From assembly GCF_000016745.1 (NCBI RefSeq), contig NC_009483.1, positions 2,250,001 through 2,282,000 of the forward strand: a DNA stretch of 32,000 bases, written 5' to 3'. Shown here piece after piece: positions 31,891 through 32,000 of the stretch. The translations under genes were made by a program, and so were the position numbers. The notes beneath the pieces are model-generated. The model did no database searches and was not told where the DNA came from. It saw only the letters and a program-made list of their open reading frames with translations. Every line of letters begins with the position of its first letter. Position 1 is the first letter of the stretch. The stretch comes from Geotalea uraniireducens Rf4 (GTDB lineage Bacteria; Desulfobacterota; Desulfuromonadia; Geobacterales; Geobacteraceae).

Positions 31891-31922
31891 TATATTACCA
31901 CATCAGCTTTGGAGGTGCTTGA

Positions 31923-32000
31923 ATGGCAACAGCAACCGTCAGAATATCCGAGTCAGCCCGGCAAGCCCTGCGGGAGATCGCCCGGCATGATAAAAAGCCG
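31923..32000 (+). CDS. 5' end of a gene (MATATVRISESARQALREIARHDKKP...), possibly a small DNA-binding or antitoxin-like protein
   Basis: GGAGG lies 7 nt upstream of the ATG at 31923, and the frame is open to the window end. The functional guess is weak. Confidence 0.4.
   Translation, partial: MATATVRISESARQALREIARHDKKP

Overview
High-GC chromosomal window that looks Geobacter-like (Desulfuromonadales); the taxon is an inference from gene content only. (i) 1-13.6 kb: the tail of an HD-GYP gene, then a complete periplasmic [NiFe] uptake-hydrogenase locus on the + strand (hypA, hybS-hybA-hybB-hybL-hybP, tatA, hypB-hypF-hypC-hypD-hypE). A textbook sigma-54 promoter (TGGCACG-N4-TTGC) precedes hybS. 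Almost every intergenic gap of this locus carries a structured repeat. One MITE-like element with a 9-bp target duplication splits hybB from hybL, and a second member of the same family is nested inside another element between hypD and hypE. (ii) 13.6-18 kb: PilZ, PNPOx-like and hypothetical genes, plus a class-III aminotransferase translationally coupled to a P-loop protein. (iii) 18.1-21.5 kb: a convergent NtrC-type sigma-54 activator and a HAMP histidine kinase. (iv) 21.6-29.9 kb is the most interesting part, a RiPP-like island. It has two paralogous radical SAM/SPASM maturases and four 32-35 aa precursor genes that the >=60-aa ORF track misses or over-extends. The precursors share a conserved acidic leader, an adjacent Cys-Cys pair and a hypervariable Gly/Ser/Asn tail. 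Each precursor carries a copy of one promoter/leader module, and terminator-like hairpins sit between precursor and maturase. The island also holds a low-GC MOP/Wzx-type exporter and a TonB-dependent receptor translationally coupled to an ABC_sub_bind-type periplasmic protein. (v) 29.9-32 kb: 56-bp tandem repeats with TGT-N11-ACA palindromes, a CX5R phosphatase, an orphan receiver, a small Cys-rich protein, a glutaredoxin-like remnant and the start of one more gene. I saw no rRNA, tRNA, CRISPR array or transposase gene. All family assignments come from motifs read by eye; no searches were run.
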